DNA of 64,000 nucleotides from an uncultured Nitrospinota bacterium (GTDB lineage: Bacteria; Tectomicrobia; Entotheonellia; J063; CAVPRW01): positions 32,001-96,000 of the forward strand of contig CAVPRW010000006.1 of the NCBI GenBank assembly GCA_963707985.1. The letters are read 5' to 3'. A program made the translations under genes and the position numbers. The notes beneath the pieces are model-generated. The model was given only the letters and a program-made list of their open reading frames with translations. It ran no database searches and was not told where the DNA came from. Below are positions 29,770-40,670 of the stretch, piece after piece; the first letter of the stretch is position 1; every line of letters begins with the position of its first letter.

Positions 29770-31212
29770 TCAGAAGGCCGGGACCCACCCTGTGAGCACC
29801 CCCTTATCCGGATCAAAGATATTGGTCCAGTGCTGCGAGAGGTCAGCGGTTGAAGTCGCCTGAAAAATGATCCCGAAGCGGTTGCCCGTGACTTGGAAAA
29901 CCAGCCATCGCACTTCAAATCCGGGCACCCCGAAGATCTGATCGGTGAGATCCTCTGCAAACGTGCCGAGCAGCGGCGCCCCAAAGCGTGGGTCGGTGGT
30001 GGCCCGCGTGAGCAGGTCTTGTCGCGCCTGGTCGGCCACCGGATTGGAGGTGACCACCGTAGTGGGGAAGCCCCTCGTAGTCACGTTCCCGAGGCCAATG
30101 GGCGTCAGTCTACCCGTGGCGACATCGATCGCATATTCCGCGATGTTGCCCACGTTATAGCCATCGACCGCCCGCTGATTGGCCACATAGGCAAACCGAC
30201 CGGTGCGATCGAGGGCGATCGCTTCCGTGGTCTTACCGCCAGTCGGCACGGTGCTGACCCACGTCGGCTTTCCGGCCGCATCCAGCGTGTAGGTACCCAC
30301 CGCACCGACGTACGGTGCCTGGGCGCCGTCTTGTACCACAAAAAGGTACTGGTTGGAGGCATGGACCCTCACCATCGTTGGGAACCCCGCGGTAGGCACC
30401 TTGGTAGCCATCGTCAGCACCCCGGTGTTGGCCTCAAAGCGGTACATCCACAGTTCGCGGGCATAGTACATGCTCGCATACATCCGCTTGCCGGAGGGAT
30501 CGAACGCCACCGAGAGCGGGCCATCAGACGCTTGTGGGCGATCCCCGGCGGGTACTGTCCGGAGGAATGTCGGTGCTCCGGTGTTCTGGTCGAGCCGAAA
30601 CACCGACAAGGTATCGCTGAGATAGTTCGCCAGGACAAGGTACCGTCCGGTGGGGTCGATCGCAAACTCGGCGGGATCAGTGCCGCCGGTAGAGATCTCG
30701 TTGACCAGCCTTGGCACCCCGGTGAAGGCATCGAGGGTGTACCACCAAAGGGCGTTATAGGCCACATTGGGCAGTTCTTTGGCAAAGCCGTGGCTGGTGG
30801 CATACAGGGTATGGCCGCGAGGATGGACCCGCACCGAGTGCGGATCGATGCCGGCCCCCACCCGCCCCACTTCCGTGAGCAGGTGAGTCGTGGGGTCAAT
30901 CCGGTACATTGAGAGGTTGAGAGACGTATTATTGAGCCCGTAAGCCCAGACGCCGTTGGGGTGGTATGCGAGGTCCACCGGATTTCCCCCCGCAGTCGCC
31001 TGCCCGAGCGGTGTGAGGGTGCCATCAGCCGTCCCAATGGCATAGGTGATCACATTGTCGCTGCCTTTATTCATGACCCAGGCCGCGCTTGGGGGCAGGA
31101 CGGCGAGGACGGGCGTGGCGTGGGTAAGCATCAGCAAGCTCACGACCATCATCAGTAGCCGGCGCAAGCTGTCGCAGGGGGCCATCTGGTAGGGAAATAC
31201 ATAACTAAACAT
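29770..31212 (-). CDS. Secreted lactonase-family 7-bladed beta-propeller with extra C-terminal domain
   Basis: Repeats such as P..LA.HP.G, IDPTGRYL.LAN, FDPSGKRMY, LDRTGRFAYVAN; signal peptide. Confidence 0.8.
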   Translation of the reverse strand: MFSYVFPYQMAPCDSLRRLLMMVVSLLMLTHATPVLAVLPPSAAWVMNKGSDNVITYAIGTADGTLTPLGQATAGGNPVDLAYHPNGVWAYGLNNTSLNLSMYRIDPTTHLLTEVGRVGAGIDPHSVRVHPRGHTLYATSHGFAKELPNVAYNALWWYTLDAFTGVPRLVNEISTGGTDPAEFAIDPTGRYLVLANYLSDTLSVFRLDQNTGAPTFLRTVPAGDRPQASDGPLSVAFDPSGKRMYASMYYARELWMYRFEANTGVLTMATKVPTAGFPTMVRVHASNQYLFVVQDGAQAPYVGAVGTYTLDAAGKPTWVSTVPTGGKTTEAIALDRTGRFAYVANQRAVDGYNVGNIAEYAIDVATGRLTPIGLGNVTTRGFPTTVVTSNPVADQARQDLLTRATTDPRFGAPLLGTFAEDLTDQIFGVPGFEVRWLVFQVTGNRFGIIFQATSTADLSQHWTNIFDPDKGVLTGWVPAF

Positions 31213-31414
31213 GGGGGGCTCCTTGTTCCTGACGAGGTAAGGGTTGACTCAGCGGAGGACGTCTTCCAGCTGCGAGGCAATCCTCGCGGGCTGGGTATGC
31301 CTATGCTGCTGAGAGTGAGGCCCCGCACGCGGAAGTGGTCGGTAGCCAGGGACGCATGTGCCATGGTGCTGACCGCCCTGCTCGCTTCCTCATGGGGCCT
31401 TAGCGGCGCGCCTT

Positions 31415-31430
31415 AGCAAAAGGAATGCCG
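31415..31430 (-). promoter_or_regulatory. Possible sigma54 promoter for the lactonase-like gene
   Basis: Minus strand CGGCAT-TCCTT-TTGCT with correct GG/GC spacing. Confidence 0.45.
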
Positions 31431-31612
31431 GTATAGACCAGTACAGAGTGAGCGCGGAGAGGGGGCAGGCTCATGGGGATGGACCGGAGCACGATCTGGT
31501 GCTGTGGCTGGGCAGATGTACGCAGGGAGGGACCGGAGTGGGCGACCGGGATCACTGAAACCATTGACAGGCACCACCGGGGCGAAACGTGTGCAGTAAT
31601 GACCATGATTGG

Positions 31613-32480
31613 TCAACAGTGAGCGTGAGTGGGACGGGCACAGCCCCCCGGCTGTTTGAGGCGAGGATCGAGTGCATCGCGCACGCCGTCGCCCAGAAAA
31701 TTGAACCCCAATACGGTGAGGAAGATCGCTGCCCCTGGGGCCATGGCCATCCAGGGCGCGATCTCCAGATAGCCACGGCCAACGTTGAGCATGGCGCCCC
31801 AGCTGGGTGTAGGCGGCTGCACCAGCCGGAGCAGCCCGGCCTCGGCGAGCGTCGCCGCGGCGATGTGCAAAGACGCCTCGACGATGATCGGGGCGGTGAT
31901 ATTCGGTAGCACATGCTGGATCAGAATGCGCAAATCACTACCGCCCACCGCCCTGGCGGCCTGCACAAACTCCCATTCGCGCACCGACAGCACCTGTCCG
32001 CGTACCAGTCGCGCCTAGGTCGGCACGCCGACGACGCCGATCGCCAGCATGACATTCGACAGGCTCGGGCTCAGGATCGCTGCCAGGGCTAACGCCAGCA
32101 CCAGGACCGGGAACGCCAGCAGGGCATCCATCAGGCGCATGAGCCAGTTGTCAAGCATGCCGCCGATGTAGCCGGACAGCAAGCCCAACACTGTCCCGGT
32201 CACCAGCGCGATGCCGACGGCGATCACTCCGACCTGCAACGATACACGAGCGCCCCACATGAGCCGACTAAGCACATCTCGGCCGAGATCATCCGTGCCT
32301 AGAGGATGCTGGCGACTCGGCCCCTGCAGTATGGCGCTGAACTCCTGGTGCGTGGGATCGTAGGGCGCCAACATGGGCGCCAAACCCCCTGCCAGCACGA
32401 CCGTGAGGACGAGCCCCAATCCCACACGCGACAGCGCCCTGGACTGTAGGCGCTGCCAGAAGGCGCCCAGGCCGCTCTTA
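31613..32480 (-). pseudogene. Peptide/nickel ABC permease (DppC/OppC-like), in-frame TAG at 32015-32017
   Basis: HPLGTDDLGRDVLSR, VPT*ARLVRGQVLSVRE.EFVQAARA.G, PSWG.ML, GDG.RDALDPR. Confidence 0.8.
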
Positions 32481-32828
32481 TGAATAGCGGATGCGAGGAT
32501 CCAGAAGCGCATAGGTGATGTCCACCACGAAATTGCAGGCGATTCTCGTCAATGCCAGGAAGAGGATGACCCCTTGGACGATGGGAAAGTCGCGGGCGAA
32601 AATACTATCCACCACCAGGCGTCCCAGACCGGGAAGCGCGAAAATGGTTTCGGTCAACACCGCGCCGCCGAGAAGCGTCCCCATCTGCAGGCCGAGAATG
32701 GTCGTCACCGGCAGGAGCGCGTTTTTCAGGGCATGACGCATGATCACCCCGGATTCCGCCACGCCTTTAGCCCTGGCCGTCGGGACATAGTCATGCCGTA
32801 GCACCTCCAGCAGACTGGACCGGGTCAT
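32478..32828 (-). pseudogene. Peptide ABC permease (DppB/OppB-like), C-terminal part only
   Basis: TRSSLLEVL..DYV.TARAKG, HALKNALLP, GLGRL..DSI..RDFP; N-terminus replaced by transposase debris. Confidence 0.8.
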
Positions 32829-32829
32829 C

Positions 32830-33077
32830 CGATACGTCCATGCGGTGAGCGAAGTGGCTCAGATCATCCTCTCCTGGAATGGCCTCGTGCAGCCCGACGA
32901 GCTCTCGATTGCGGCGACCTTTGTCCTGCTGGCGCAGATCCACATAAAAGCTGGCAGAGTCGGGGTAGCCATCCACCCGGCTGGCCAACTCCAGAAAGAA
33001 GGAACTGGCCGGATCGTAGCAGTGGCCGCCTTCCTTGGCATAATAGGGGGCAAAGAGGGCGCGGGTGAAGCACAGAT
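32830..33077 (-). mobile_element. Probable transposase fragment
   Basis: YYAKEGGHCYDPAS.F.LEL...IPGEDDLSHF resembles a DDE-transposase N-terminal region; lies between the truncated permease and the IS5 fragment. Confidence 0.35.
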
Positions 33078-33497
33078 CAATGGCGATGGGGTCGCGGCAC
33101 CGCAACTCCTGCCGTGGCTTGATCCGCAAGATTTCCCCCGTCTCGAAACGAGCTTTGCCGACACCACATATCACCATCACGCCCTTCACATATGGATGAC
33201 AGCACATCGCCCGACGTGGCGCATCGAGGTCAAGACGCCTCCGGAAGGGACCAAAGGGTTTACACCGTTGGAGAAACGCTGGGTGGTGGAGCGGACCAAC
33301 GCCTGGAATGGTCGCTATCGGCGCCACAGCAAGGATGATGAACGGGAACCTGAATCCAGTGCGGCCATGATCTCTCTATGCCACATCCATCTGAGGCTGC
33401 GCCGGCTCACGTCCCACCGTCGGCCTGCATTCCATGGCCGAAACGTTGCTGCTAAACCTTTAAAATTAGCGTCCTGAGTTTCCGGATAGCCTCTAAG
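33078..33497 (+). mobile_element. IS5-family transposase C-terminal fragment with right end
   Basis: FAD..Y, KGF.PL.KRWVVERT.AW.GRYRR.SKD.ER; followed by TTTCCGGATAGCCTCTAA. Confidence 0.8.
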
Positions 33498-33682
33498 TCT
33501 GACCGACAAGCGGAGGGGCGAGTGGGGAAACCGGCCCGTGACCGTATAGGTCAGCCCAAGCGCCCTGCTCCTACCTTACCACCAAGTATACCGCCTGAGA
33601 GACTTCCTCTACATCTGCACAAGTGTTTCGGACGACGACACGAATGCCGGCCTTCCACGCCTTCCATGCTCATGTCAGCGTC

Positions 33683-35248
33683 CTATGGTTCGCCTGTGCG
33701 GTGTCCGGAAGCCTTGGTGGGACCTGTCATGGAGGGGCGTGCGTGGGCGTCGTCCGGCTCCTTGGCGGAGAGCACGTTGAGGACTTCTTCCGCGACGAGC
33801 CGGTGACCCGTTTCGTTATAGTGACCGGTGTCGCGGAAGGGGAACAGCGCGCGCCGGTCCGGCTGGGCCCGGAACACCGGATCGAGGTCGATCAGCGGGA
33901 TCCCCAAGCTGCCGACCAGGTGCAGCACGCGCGGGCGCTGGATGACGCCGATCTCGGGCGTGTCGAAATAGCGGCTCCAGCTGGGGAGGTAGACGAAGTA
34001 CAGGGTGCCGCCCCAGCCGCTGACGCGGGCCTGGGCCTGAGCCAGAATGTCCTGCAATAGGGCTATGGCGGGGCCTTCGATCTCGGCCACCCGCGCCAGG
34101 TCTTCCGCCTGGACCCCCTGTACCAGGGGCAGCCGTGATCGCAAGGCGGACAGTTTCAAGAAGCCCACCACCTGCGGGACGAGTCTGCGAGGGTTCGCCA
34201 GCCGACGCTCCCGTCTCTCGCGCTCGAGCGCCTGTTGCGTGGCGATCTCCTGCGTGAGTGCGCGGTCGATCTCGCCTTGCCGGGCGGGGAGGCCTTGCGT
34301 GAAGTCGTCGTGCAAATAGCGCATCAACAGGCGGCTGTGGCGTTCCGTCTGCAGATCGGTCAGGTCATTGCCTTCGAAATAAAACCATAACACAAGTGGG
34401 GGCTTCAAAGGCGGCAGGTACTCCTCCAGGGTCGCCAGCATGAGCAACGGCCCGTCGCCGGCAAACCCGAGATTCAGGGTGGCCGGCACGCGTTGGCGGA
34501 TGCGCCCGACGAAACTTTGCTCCGTGGGGACACAGTAGCCTTGCGTGAATGAATCCCCCAGCGCGGCGATCGCCACGTGAGGGGCGCGCCACACGCCGTG
34601 GGGATTATTAAAGCCGTGCTCGTCACTGGGGTAGGTCACCCACGGACCGTTCTCGTTGCACAGAATCGTGACCTGCTTGGAGATCGCCCCGAGGGGGATG
34701 ACTTCCTCGCCGTGGATGGTGACCGCGGAGGTGATCGCTCCATCCGGCTGCCGGATGAAGAGGTTGTTGGGGGGACTGATAAAGGGGACAGCATCAACAC
34801 CTTGTCGACGCAAATCGGCGCGCACCTCCGGCCACGTCCTGGGGTCGACCTCGACGCCAAATTGTGCGGCCAGTTGCGCCGCCGCTCCGGCGCCCAGGTC
34901 GCTGACGAGGAACATGAGCGGCCGCTTGGGGCCCTCGGGCGCAACGTGGGGGAGGCGCAGGAAGAGCTCCCCCCCGTACGCCGACACGGCGAGCGAGACG
35001 CAGCACAGGGCGAGGTTGAGCTTCGCGGCGGGTTTGAGGCTGAGGGCAGCGAAGAGCAGGAGGGCGGCGCCCGCGGGCAGGCCATAGCCCACCACGGCGG
35101 CCGTCGCACTGGTGAACTGCCGCTCGCCAGTCCAGCCGAAGCGATAGAAGACGTGAGCGAAGACGAGCACGGCAGCCACGCCTCCAGCTATCACGATCGC
35201 GTTGGCGAACCTGACCATGTTGACCCCAATTTGATTTTGAGTGGTCAT
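33683..35248 (-). CDS. Membrane-anchored SGNH/GDSL hydrolase (AlgJ/AlgX-like)
   Basis: N-terminal TM helices, ALGDSFTQG, NLG..G.GP, EGND, GHYNETGH. Confidence 0.8.
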   Translation of the reverse strand: MTTQNQIGVNMVRFANAIVIAGGVAAVLVFAHVFYRFGWTGERQFTSATAAVVGYGLPAGAALLLFAALSLKPAAKLNLALCCVSLAVSAYGGELFLRLPHVAPEGPKRPLMFLVSDLGAGAAAQLAAQFGVEVDPRTWPEVRADLRRQGVDAVPFISPPNNLFIRQPDGAITSAVTIHGEEVIPLGAISKQVTILCNENGPWVTYPSDEHGFNNPHGVWRAPHVAIAALGDSFTQGYCVPTEQSFVGRIRQRVPATLNLGFAGDGPLLMLATLEEYLPPLKPPLVLWFYFEGNDLTDLQTERHSRLLMRYLHDDFTQGLPARQGEIDRALTQEIATQQALERERRERRLANPRRLVPQVVGFLKLSALRSRLPLVQGVQAEDLARVAEIEGPAIALLQDILAQAQARVSGWGGTLYFVYLPSWSRYFDTPEIGVIQRPRVLHLVGSLGIPLIDLDPVFRAQPDRRALFPFRDTGHYNETGHRLVAEEVLNVLSAKEPDDAHARPSMTGPTKASGHRTGEP

Positions 35249-35441
35249 GCGCGTTCATCCCCATTCAACCATCGGTGACCAAGCATCAAACGCCCGCGAA
35301 CGGTCTGCCATGCCCTCACCACATAGACGGTTGGCCAGCTTCGTGGTATGGTGTCGCCACAGGACGGTCGTCCTTCCCCCGGTACCGGCGCTGCCGCCCT
35401 CGCAGGGGCGGGCAGTCGCACCATGGGCGCGACATTGGCCG

Positions 35442-35996
35442 TCAAGACCACCCGCGGACAGAGACGGCGAGCACGTGCTCGGGGGCAGGGCTTGTATTCT
35501 CCAGCTGATGGGGGACCGCAGCTGCAAACGTGATCGCGTCGCCGGGCCCTAGCCGATGCGCCTCGTCCCCCAGCGTCGGGGTGACCTCCCCCTGTAACAC
35601 GAAGGCAAACTTCTCCCCCACTGGCGCGGTGGGGAATGTCCCGCTGCCGCCTCCCGTGGCCATGGTGATAAGGAGGGGCTCCAGCGTTCCCACCCCATCC
35701 GTGGGACGCAGCGCCTCGATCGAGACGGGTGACCACGTGCTGACGACGTGGCAACGGGCATGGGCGCGGACGGGCTGAGAGGGAGGCGGCTCGGGCTCGG
35801 CGAACAACGTGCCGAGGCTGACCCCCAGGGCCATGGCGATGCGCTCCAGCGACCCGACGGACGGGGTGACACGCCTGCGTTCCGCCTGGGTGATGAGGCT
35901 CGGGGAACAGCCGGTCGTGGCCGCGAGGGTCCGCACCGACAGGACGAGCCCGAGGCGCAATTGCCGAATGCGCTCACCCACCGTGACGTGGTGCAT
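35442..35996 (-). CDS. XRE-family HTH regulator with cupin domain
   Basis: VGERIRQLR...LS...LA...PSVGSLERIA.ALGV; FVLQGEV...L.PGDAI.F....PH..EN. Confidence 0.85.
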   Translation of the reverse strand: MHHVTVGERIRQLRLGLVLSVRTLAATTGCSPSLITQAERRRVTPSVGSLERIAMALGVSLGTLFAEPEPPPSQPVRAHARCHVVSTWSPVSIEALRPTDGVGTLEPLLITMATGGGSGTFPTAPVGEKFAFVLQGEVTPTLGDEAHRLGPGDAITFAAAVPHQLENTSPAPEHVLAVSVRGWS

Positions 35997-36368
35997 GCCG
36001 CTGCCTTTCCTGCGCTGTCCAGTTATACTACATATATGTACAGTATACCTTAACACAACCCTCACCAGAAAGCTGTAACGCACTTGACGGAAGACTATCT
36101 CTCCAAAGCCGCTCGGAAATTTCATCAGTTTTTATCATTGGGCCTGCTGTACAGCGGGACGGAATCTCGCCACAACATGAGGCTCTGCGTGCGACCCCTC
36201 TAGACACCGTTTAGGACTCCCACGAGCATCTGGCGGAAAATTTACGGTAGTGCTCGTGGCCACAAACTATAGTTTTGTACCAGATCAGAGGGCTGCACAG
36301 CAGCCTTGCGATATCAAGGGCTTGCTGGGCACGTTGGCGGAGGGTTTTTGGCCAGGGAGACCAGACCC

Positions 36369-36842
36369 ATGAAACTGGGGCTCTATGCTCGCGTCTCCAC
36401 GCACAAACAGCAGACGCTCGCGCTCCAGCGGGATGTCCTCATGCAGGCGGCCCGGCGTCGAGACATCGATGCCATGGTCGTCTGGCGGTTGGAACGCTGG
36501 GGCCGGTCCTTAGCGGACCTGGTCGACACACTCCACGAGTTGCAGGGCCTGGGCGTGGGCTTTATCTCGCTGCATGAAGCCGTAGATTTCACCACGCCCA
36601 CGGGACGGGCACTGGCTGGCATGCTGTCGGTCTTTGCCGCGTTCGAGCGCGAGATTCTGCGCGAGCGGGTGAAAGCCGGCATTGCACAGGCCCGGAAACG
36701 TGGCACACGGCATGGGCGGCCGCCGACCGTAACACATCACGCCGACACCGTGCGGCAGCTCTCGGCCACAGGCTTTAGCAACTCGGCGATTGCCCGGCGG
36801 TTAGGGATCAGTCGAGCGTCGGTGCGGCGGTTCCTGGGCTGA
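36369..36842 (+). CDS. Serine resolvase/invertase with apparent internal deletion
   Basis: YARVST, VWRLERWGRSL.DL, D.TTP.GR....ML..FA.FERE.LRERV.AG, C-terminal HTH; region between QRD and LMQAARRR is short. Confidence 0.8.
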   Translation: MKLGLYARVSTHKQQTLALQRDVLMQAARRRDIDAMVVWRLERWGRSLADLVDTLHELQGLGVGFISLHEAVDFTTPTGRALAGMLSVFAAFEREILRERVKAGIAQARKRGTRHGRPPTVTHHADTVRQLSATGFSNSAIARRLGISRASVRRFLG

Positions 36843-36924
36843 TGGCGGCGGGCGTACACGCGCCGCAAGACACGAGCACCCGTCCCTGGAGAGGAATGTC
36901 GGGTGACGGAGCGTCACATGACGC

Positions 36925-37330
36925 GCTTACCGTACATTTTCCGCAAAGACGCCTTGCATCTGGATGAGCATCTGTTCGGCGGGGCTTGTCCCTAGACTCT
37001 GATGCACGAAGACGACCTCACACCCACACCGGGTCAACTCTTCGATCAAGACCACCTGATACGCATATCGGCGGGCGAGCCGGTCAGGGGCCGTGACCAG
37101 CACGACCTCAAAGGCGCCTTCGGCTGCGAGATCGCGTCACCGCTCCAGGGCTGGTCAATCCAGGCGCGTCCCACTGATGCCGTCATCAATGCACACGTTT
37201 CCATGGAGCACCGCATAGTCGTGGGCCTCCGCGGCCTGCTGGAGCAAGTCACCTGGCTCGCGACGGTTTCCTCCCGCTCTTGTTTGTCAGTCGACATGTA
37301 CGCATACAGAGCGGCCCGTTTCAGGAGCCC
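36925..37330 (-). pseudogene. Large serine recombinase N-terminal remnant
   Basis: RAALYAYMSTDKQ, then after a frameshift DDGISGTRLDRPALE, APDRLARRYAYQ, QMQGVFAE. Confidence 0.7.
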
Positions 37331-37545
37331 TCCGCCCGACTCCTCGCGCGCGTCTCGGGCGGTGACACAGGACGCGGAGCTCTGCGCTGCTGTTGGTGCC
37401 GTTGTGCCTGTCGTCAGACTTTGATGGCCTGCCCTACACGTTCCCTCCCATCGCGACATGGAACCCTCACACAAAGAATCTCCTCGGCTCTTGGAGGACC
37501 CTCGGATGCCATAGGCCTCCCTCTTGTGCGTGTGCTGGTCATCCG

Positions 37546-37902
37546 TCATGATCGTTGCCTCTCTCTAGCAGAGAGGCGACCATTGTGCACGCGCACTGGG
37601 GGAGCTGGGCGGGGGCCACGAGGGCCCCAGAGGGGGAGGACTCCGTCAAAGGTCAGGCGTGTTCGGTTTGTAAACGGAACAACTTGCGGCTGGAGGGCCG
37701 GATTGCGAATCAACTGGATCCGATGGCCGACCCCATGGTCCGCGATGAACTGCTCAACGAACTCCCCCGTCTGATCGGAAGAGCCGCCATCGACATAGAT
37801 CGCCCGAAAGTTGTCGTACGGTTGGGCGCAGAGCGAACCAAGATTCTGTTCGTACCAGTGACGATTGTTGTAGCTGGATATGACGATCGTCAGCGGTTTC
37901 AT
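37546..37902 (-). pseudogene. GT2 glycosyltransferase N-terminal fragment
   Basis: TIVISSYNN.....NL.SL.AQ.Y.NF..IYVDGGSSDQT; similarity lost after about 70 aa. Confidence 0.65.
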
Positions 37903-38339
37903 GACCGTGTCCCCCTCGGAGCTGATTTCCCCTTACTCCGCGATCCTAAAGGCGCTGGTGTGGCACATCGCGACATGGCCTTGGGGTGGCACCGGCTGCT
38001 CAGTCTTGTTGATGGTCACGGCCTGTGGGGTCCGTGCCATGTTCTGGCAGACGGTGCACGGCTCCAGGCGCCCCTCAGCGGTCGGTAGGGCCGATTGTTG
38101 CCGATCACAGCGCCACGCTGCCGGGAGAGCGAACGTGACCTTGGGTTTTTGCCGATCGCTCGCCAAGCGGTTCACATCAAGAACGCCACCGGCTAGGAGC
38201 AAGGCCAGGGTGCAAATCAACGCGGCTTTCAGTATGATGCGCCTCGGTGGTACTCCTGGGTTTGGGGTACTACTTGAGTTGCCGGGGTGGTCCCGCCCGG
38301 CGAAGGCAGCCGCCCCGGTTTTCGCATGCCCTGAGACTG

Positions 38340-38609
38340 TCACGGCGCGGTCGGACCTTCCTCGAGTTTTAGCCCGCGGCTCTCGATCCAGCGACACCCG
38401 AAGTTATGGTACGGCTTAATCATCGCCCACCGCTGATCATCCCCGACGGCAGGGGTGCTGTCGAGCAGTGACGACGGCATGCGCTCGCCACAATAGCTAC
38501 AAATCGATGTGCTCTCCCGCGGGGGCGTCCTCACGGGCCGGGACGGTTCGGCCTTGGGTGGGCCCTTGGGCTCCGCCGGGAAGTCGAAGCTGTCTTGCTT
38601 GGGTGGCAT
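38340..38609 (-). CDS. Small hypothetical protein with CxxC...HxxxC
   Basis: GGAGG RBS; CSYC and HNFGC. Confidence 0.45.
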   Translation of the reverse strand: MPPKQDSFDFPAEPKGPPKAEPSRPVRTPPRESTSICSYCGERMPSSLLDSTPAVGDDQRWAMIKPYHNFGCRWIESRGLKLEEGPTAP

Positions 38610-38698
38610 GGTCCCTCCGTTCTGTTCTCTGCGGGCAAGTGTCAGATGTATATAGTTGTGACAGACCACGGATAGAGCCCAGGGTTCGGTGGGTTCCA

Positions 38699-39183
38699 TT
38701 AGAGTATAGTGGCCTCTGGTTTCAGATCGCGGAGCAGCCGCTGAAACGCCTCCTGGTATGCATCGTAGTTTTTCCCGTTATTAAAATCGGGGATAGACAA
38801 CTCGCGAATCTCGCGCGCAGAGTCTTTCCCAGTATCGGCGTCAAAGCATTCCCAATCACGCACAGCCTCGAATGAGACCAAGCATACAGGGAAAAGGACC
38901 TGTCTTTGTTCCCGCATCTCACGTTGCCTAGCCTTCGCAATCTCGGTTTTCACCCGCTCACTATGCATGCTGTGAGGTGAAAGGATGAGTAGCAGACGTT
39001 CATGGACACGAATGGCTTGATCGATTGGTCATGGAGCTTTCGGCCACCTTGAACGTCATGCGGTGCAAACCAGCAGCGCACTCCCTTGTCTTGCAAATCG
39101 GCATGGAGGCGTTCTGCAAACTCCTGGTCTTTACTCGAATAGCTAATAAAACAGGAGAAAAACTCGAAGGGTCGCCCGACTAG
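38699..39183 (-). pseudogene. TIR-domain protein C-terminal part, truncated by IS; frameshift near 39025
   Basis: FFSCFISYSSKDQEFAERLHADLQDKGVRCWFAPHD...LLILSPHSM.S..V.TEI..A...LFPV...IPDF...AF.RLLRDL. Confidence 0.8.
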
Positions 39184-40670
39184 ACATTAGTTTCGCGATT
39201 TTCCACCCGCTGTAGGGGACTCCGCTCATGAGGGTGCCACGGCAACATCGATTCGGTAAAATGTGTCATCAGACATCAACACACGCTTTCCGGAGGATAG
39301 TGCCGTGGACACCTTTTTGGGCTCGTCATTTGGCTTCTTGGTTATGACCTTGTTTCAAGGTATCTTGACGACTCCGTCGTGGCAAACGTTCACCTACTTG
39401 GCTTGCGGCTGGGCTTTGGCCCGTGACCGGCACACGATCACCACAGGTCTCTGGCTCACCGGCGCCACCACCGCCAAGCACTTTTCACGATTCTATGTCT
39501 TCCGCGGTTGTCCCCTCGATGACCGACGATGGCAACTCTGGGCTGCGGTCATCCGCGACGTGTTTGAGAACCCGTGTCAGTTTCGGCATGTCCAGCACGA
39601 TCTGACCAGGCTGATCGTCTTGCCCAACAAGAGCCTAGCGAATATGGCCCGTTGCATCCTCGACAGCGCCGACAACACCAATCTCTCCCGCGTGCTTGCG
39701 GAGGCTCCCTGGCGGGAGGAGGCGGTCAATCGTCGTTGGGTTCGGTTCATGCTCCAGCAGACGAAGCCCCATCGCTCGCGCCGCCGCGAGTCGCTGGTCG
39801 TCATCGATGACACCCTGTGCGAACTGGTGGGGAGCCTCTTTGACGATGTCGACCGCCACGATCACCGCAGCGATGGCACGTATCCGCTCGCCCATCATCC
39901 CGTCACCAGCTTCTCTGTCAGCGGCCCGGTGCGCTTCCCCCTGGGGCTGCGTCTCTACTGGCGCGATGAAGAGCTGATCCCATGGGAAGCGGCCGTGGCC
40001 ACGCATGTTCCGGAGCTCAAGATCCCGACCGAGAGAAAAGCGCGGAATCGTCTGCATCAGCAGGTGAATCCGACCTTGCTCCAATACCCGGAGTGCCGGG
40101 CGCGGCATGAGCCGTTTCGGACCACAATCGCCCGGGCGATCGAGTTGATCGAAGAGGCGATCCGGAGCCAGGTGCCCTTTGGCGTGGTGGTCTTCGATGC
40201 GTGGTACCTGGCGGAGGACGTGGGGCACGTCTTGGCCCGACGGCTGAAAGACCGGATCAGCCTGCTCAACACCAACCGCCTGTTGGAAACGGCCCGCTTC
40301 CACCTGCGGGATGCCCATGGCTGGACGCTGAAGTTGCCAAGCCCCCACATCGCGGCCGAGGAGCTCGTGCCGTTGATCCCGGTCACAGTCAGCGAGGACA
40401 TCTACTGGTGCTTTACACTGACGGTCCGCATCCCCGGCTCGGGCTAGGTGCGCCTCGTGGTCAGCTTTGAACACGAATCGTTGACGGGACGCTCGGTCGT
40501 GCTGGTGAGGTCCAACCGGATGTTCTCCGGTTGTGGTCAGATCATCTGGGCTCATCGTCCCTTGGGGTGAGGTGGGCCTTGCGCTCCGCTGGCACCTGCC
40601 AGCCACTCCGCAATCCGTGCAGTCACGTGCGGTGTTGACTTTACAGAAGAGCCCGCCCATACTCGCGTCT
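39180..40670 (+). mobile_element. IS701-family transposase debris (apparently chimeric)
   Basis: HFSRFY.F, then VIDDT, VVFDAWY; stop at 40447; CTAG at both boundaries (39180 and 40667). Confidence 0.7.

Noticed and set aside
32015..32017. Pyrrolysine or readthrough at the in-frame TAG of the DppC-like gene
   Set aside because: Simplest explanation is a Tyr codon point mutation; the operon is otherwise truncated and no pyl genes are present
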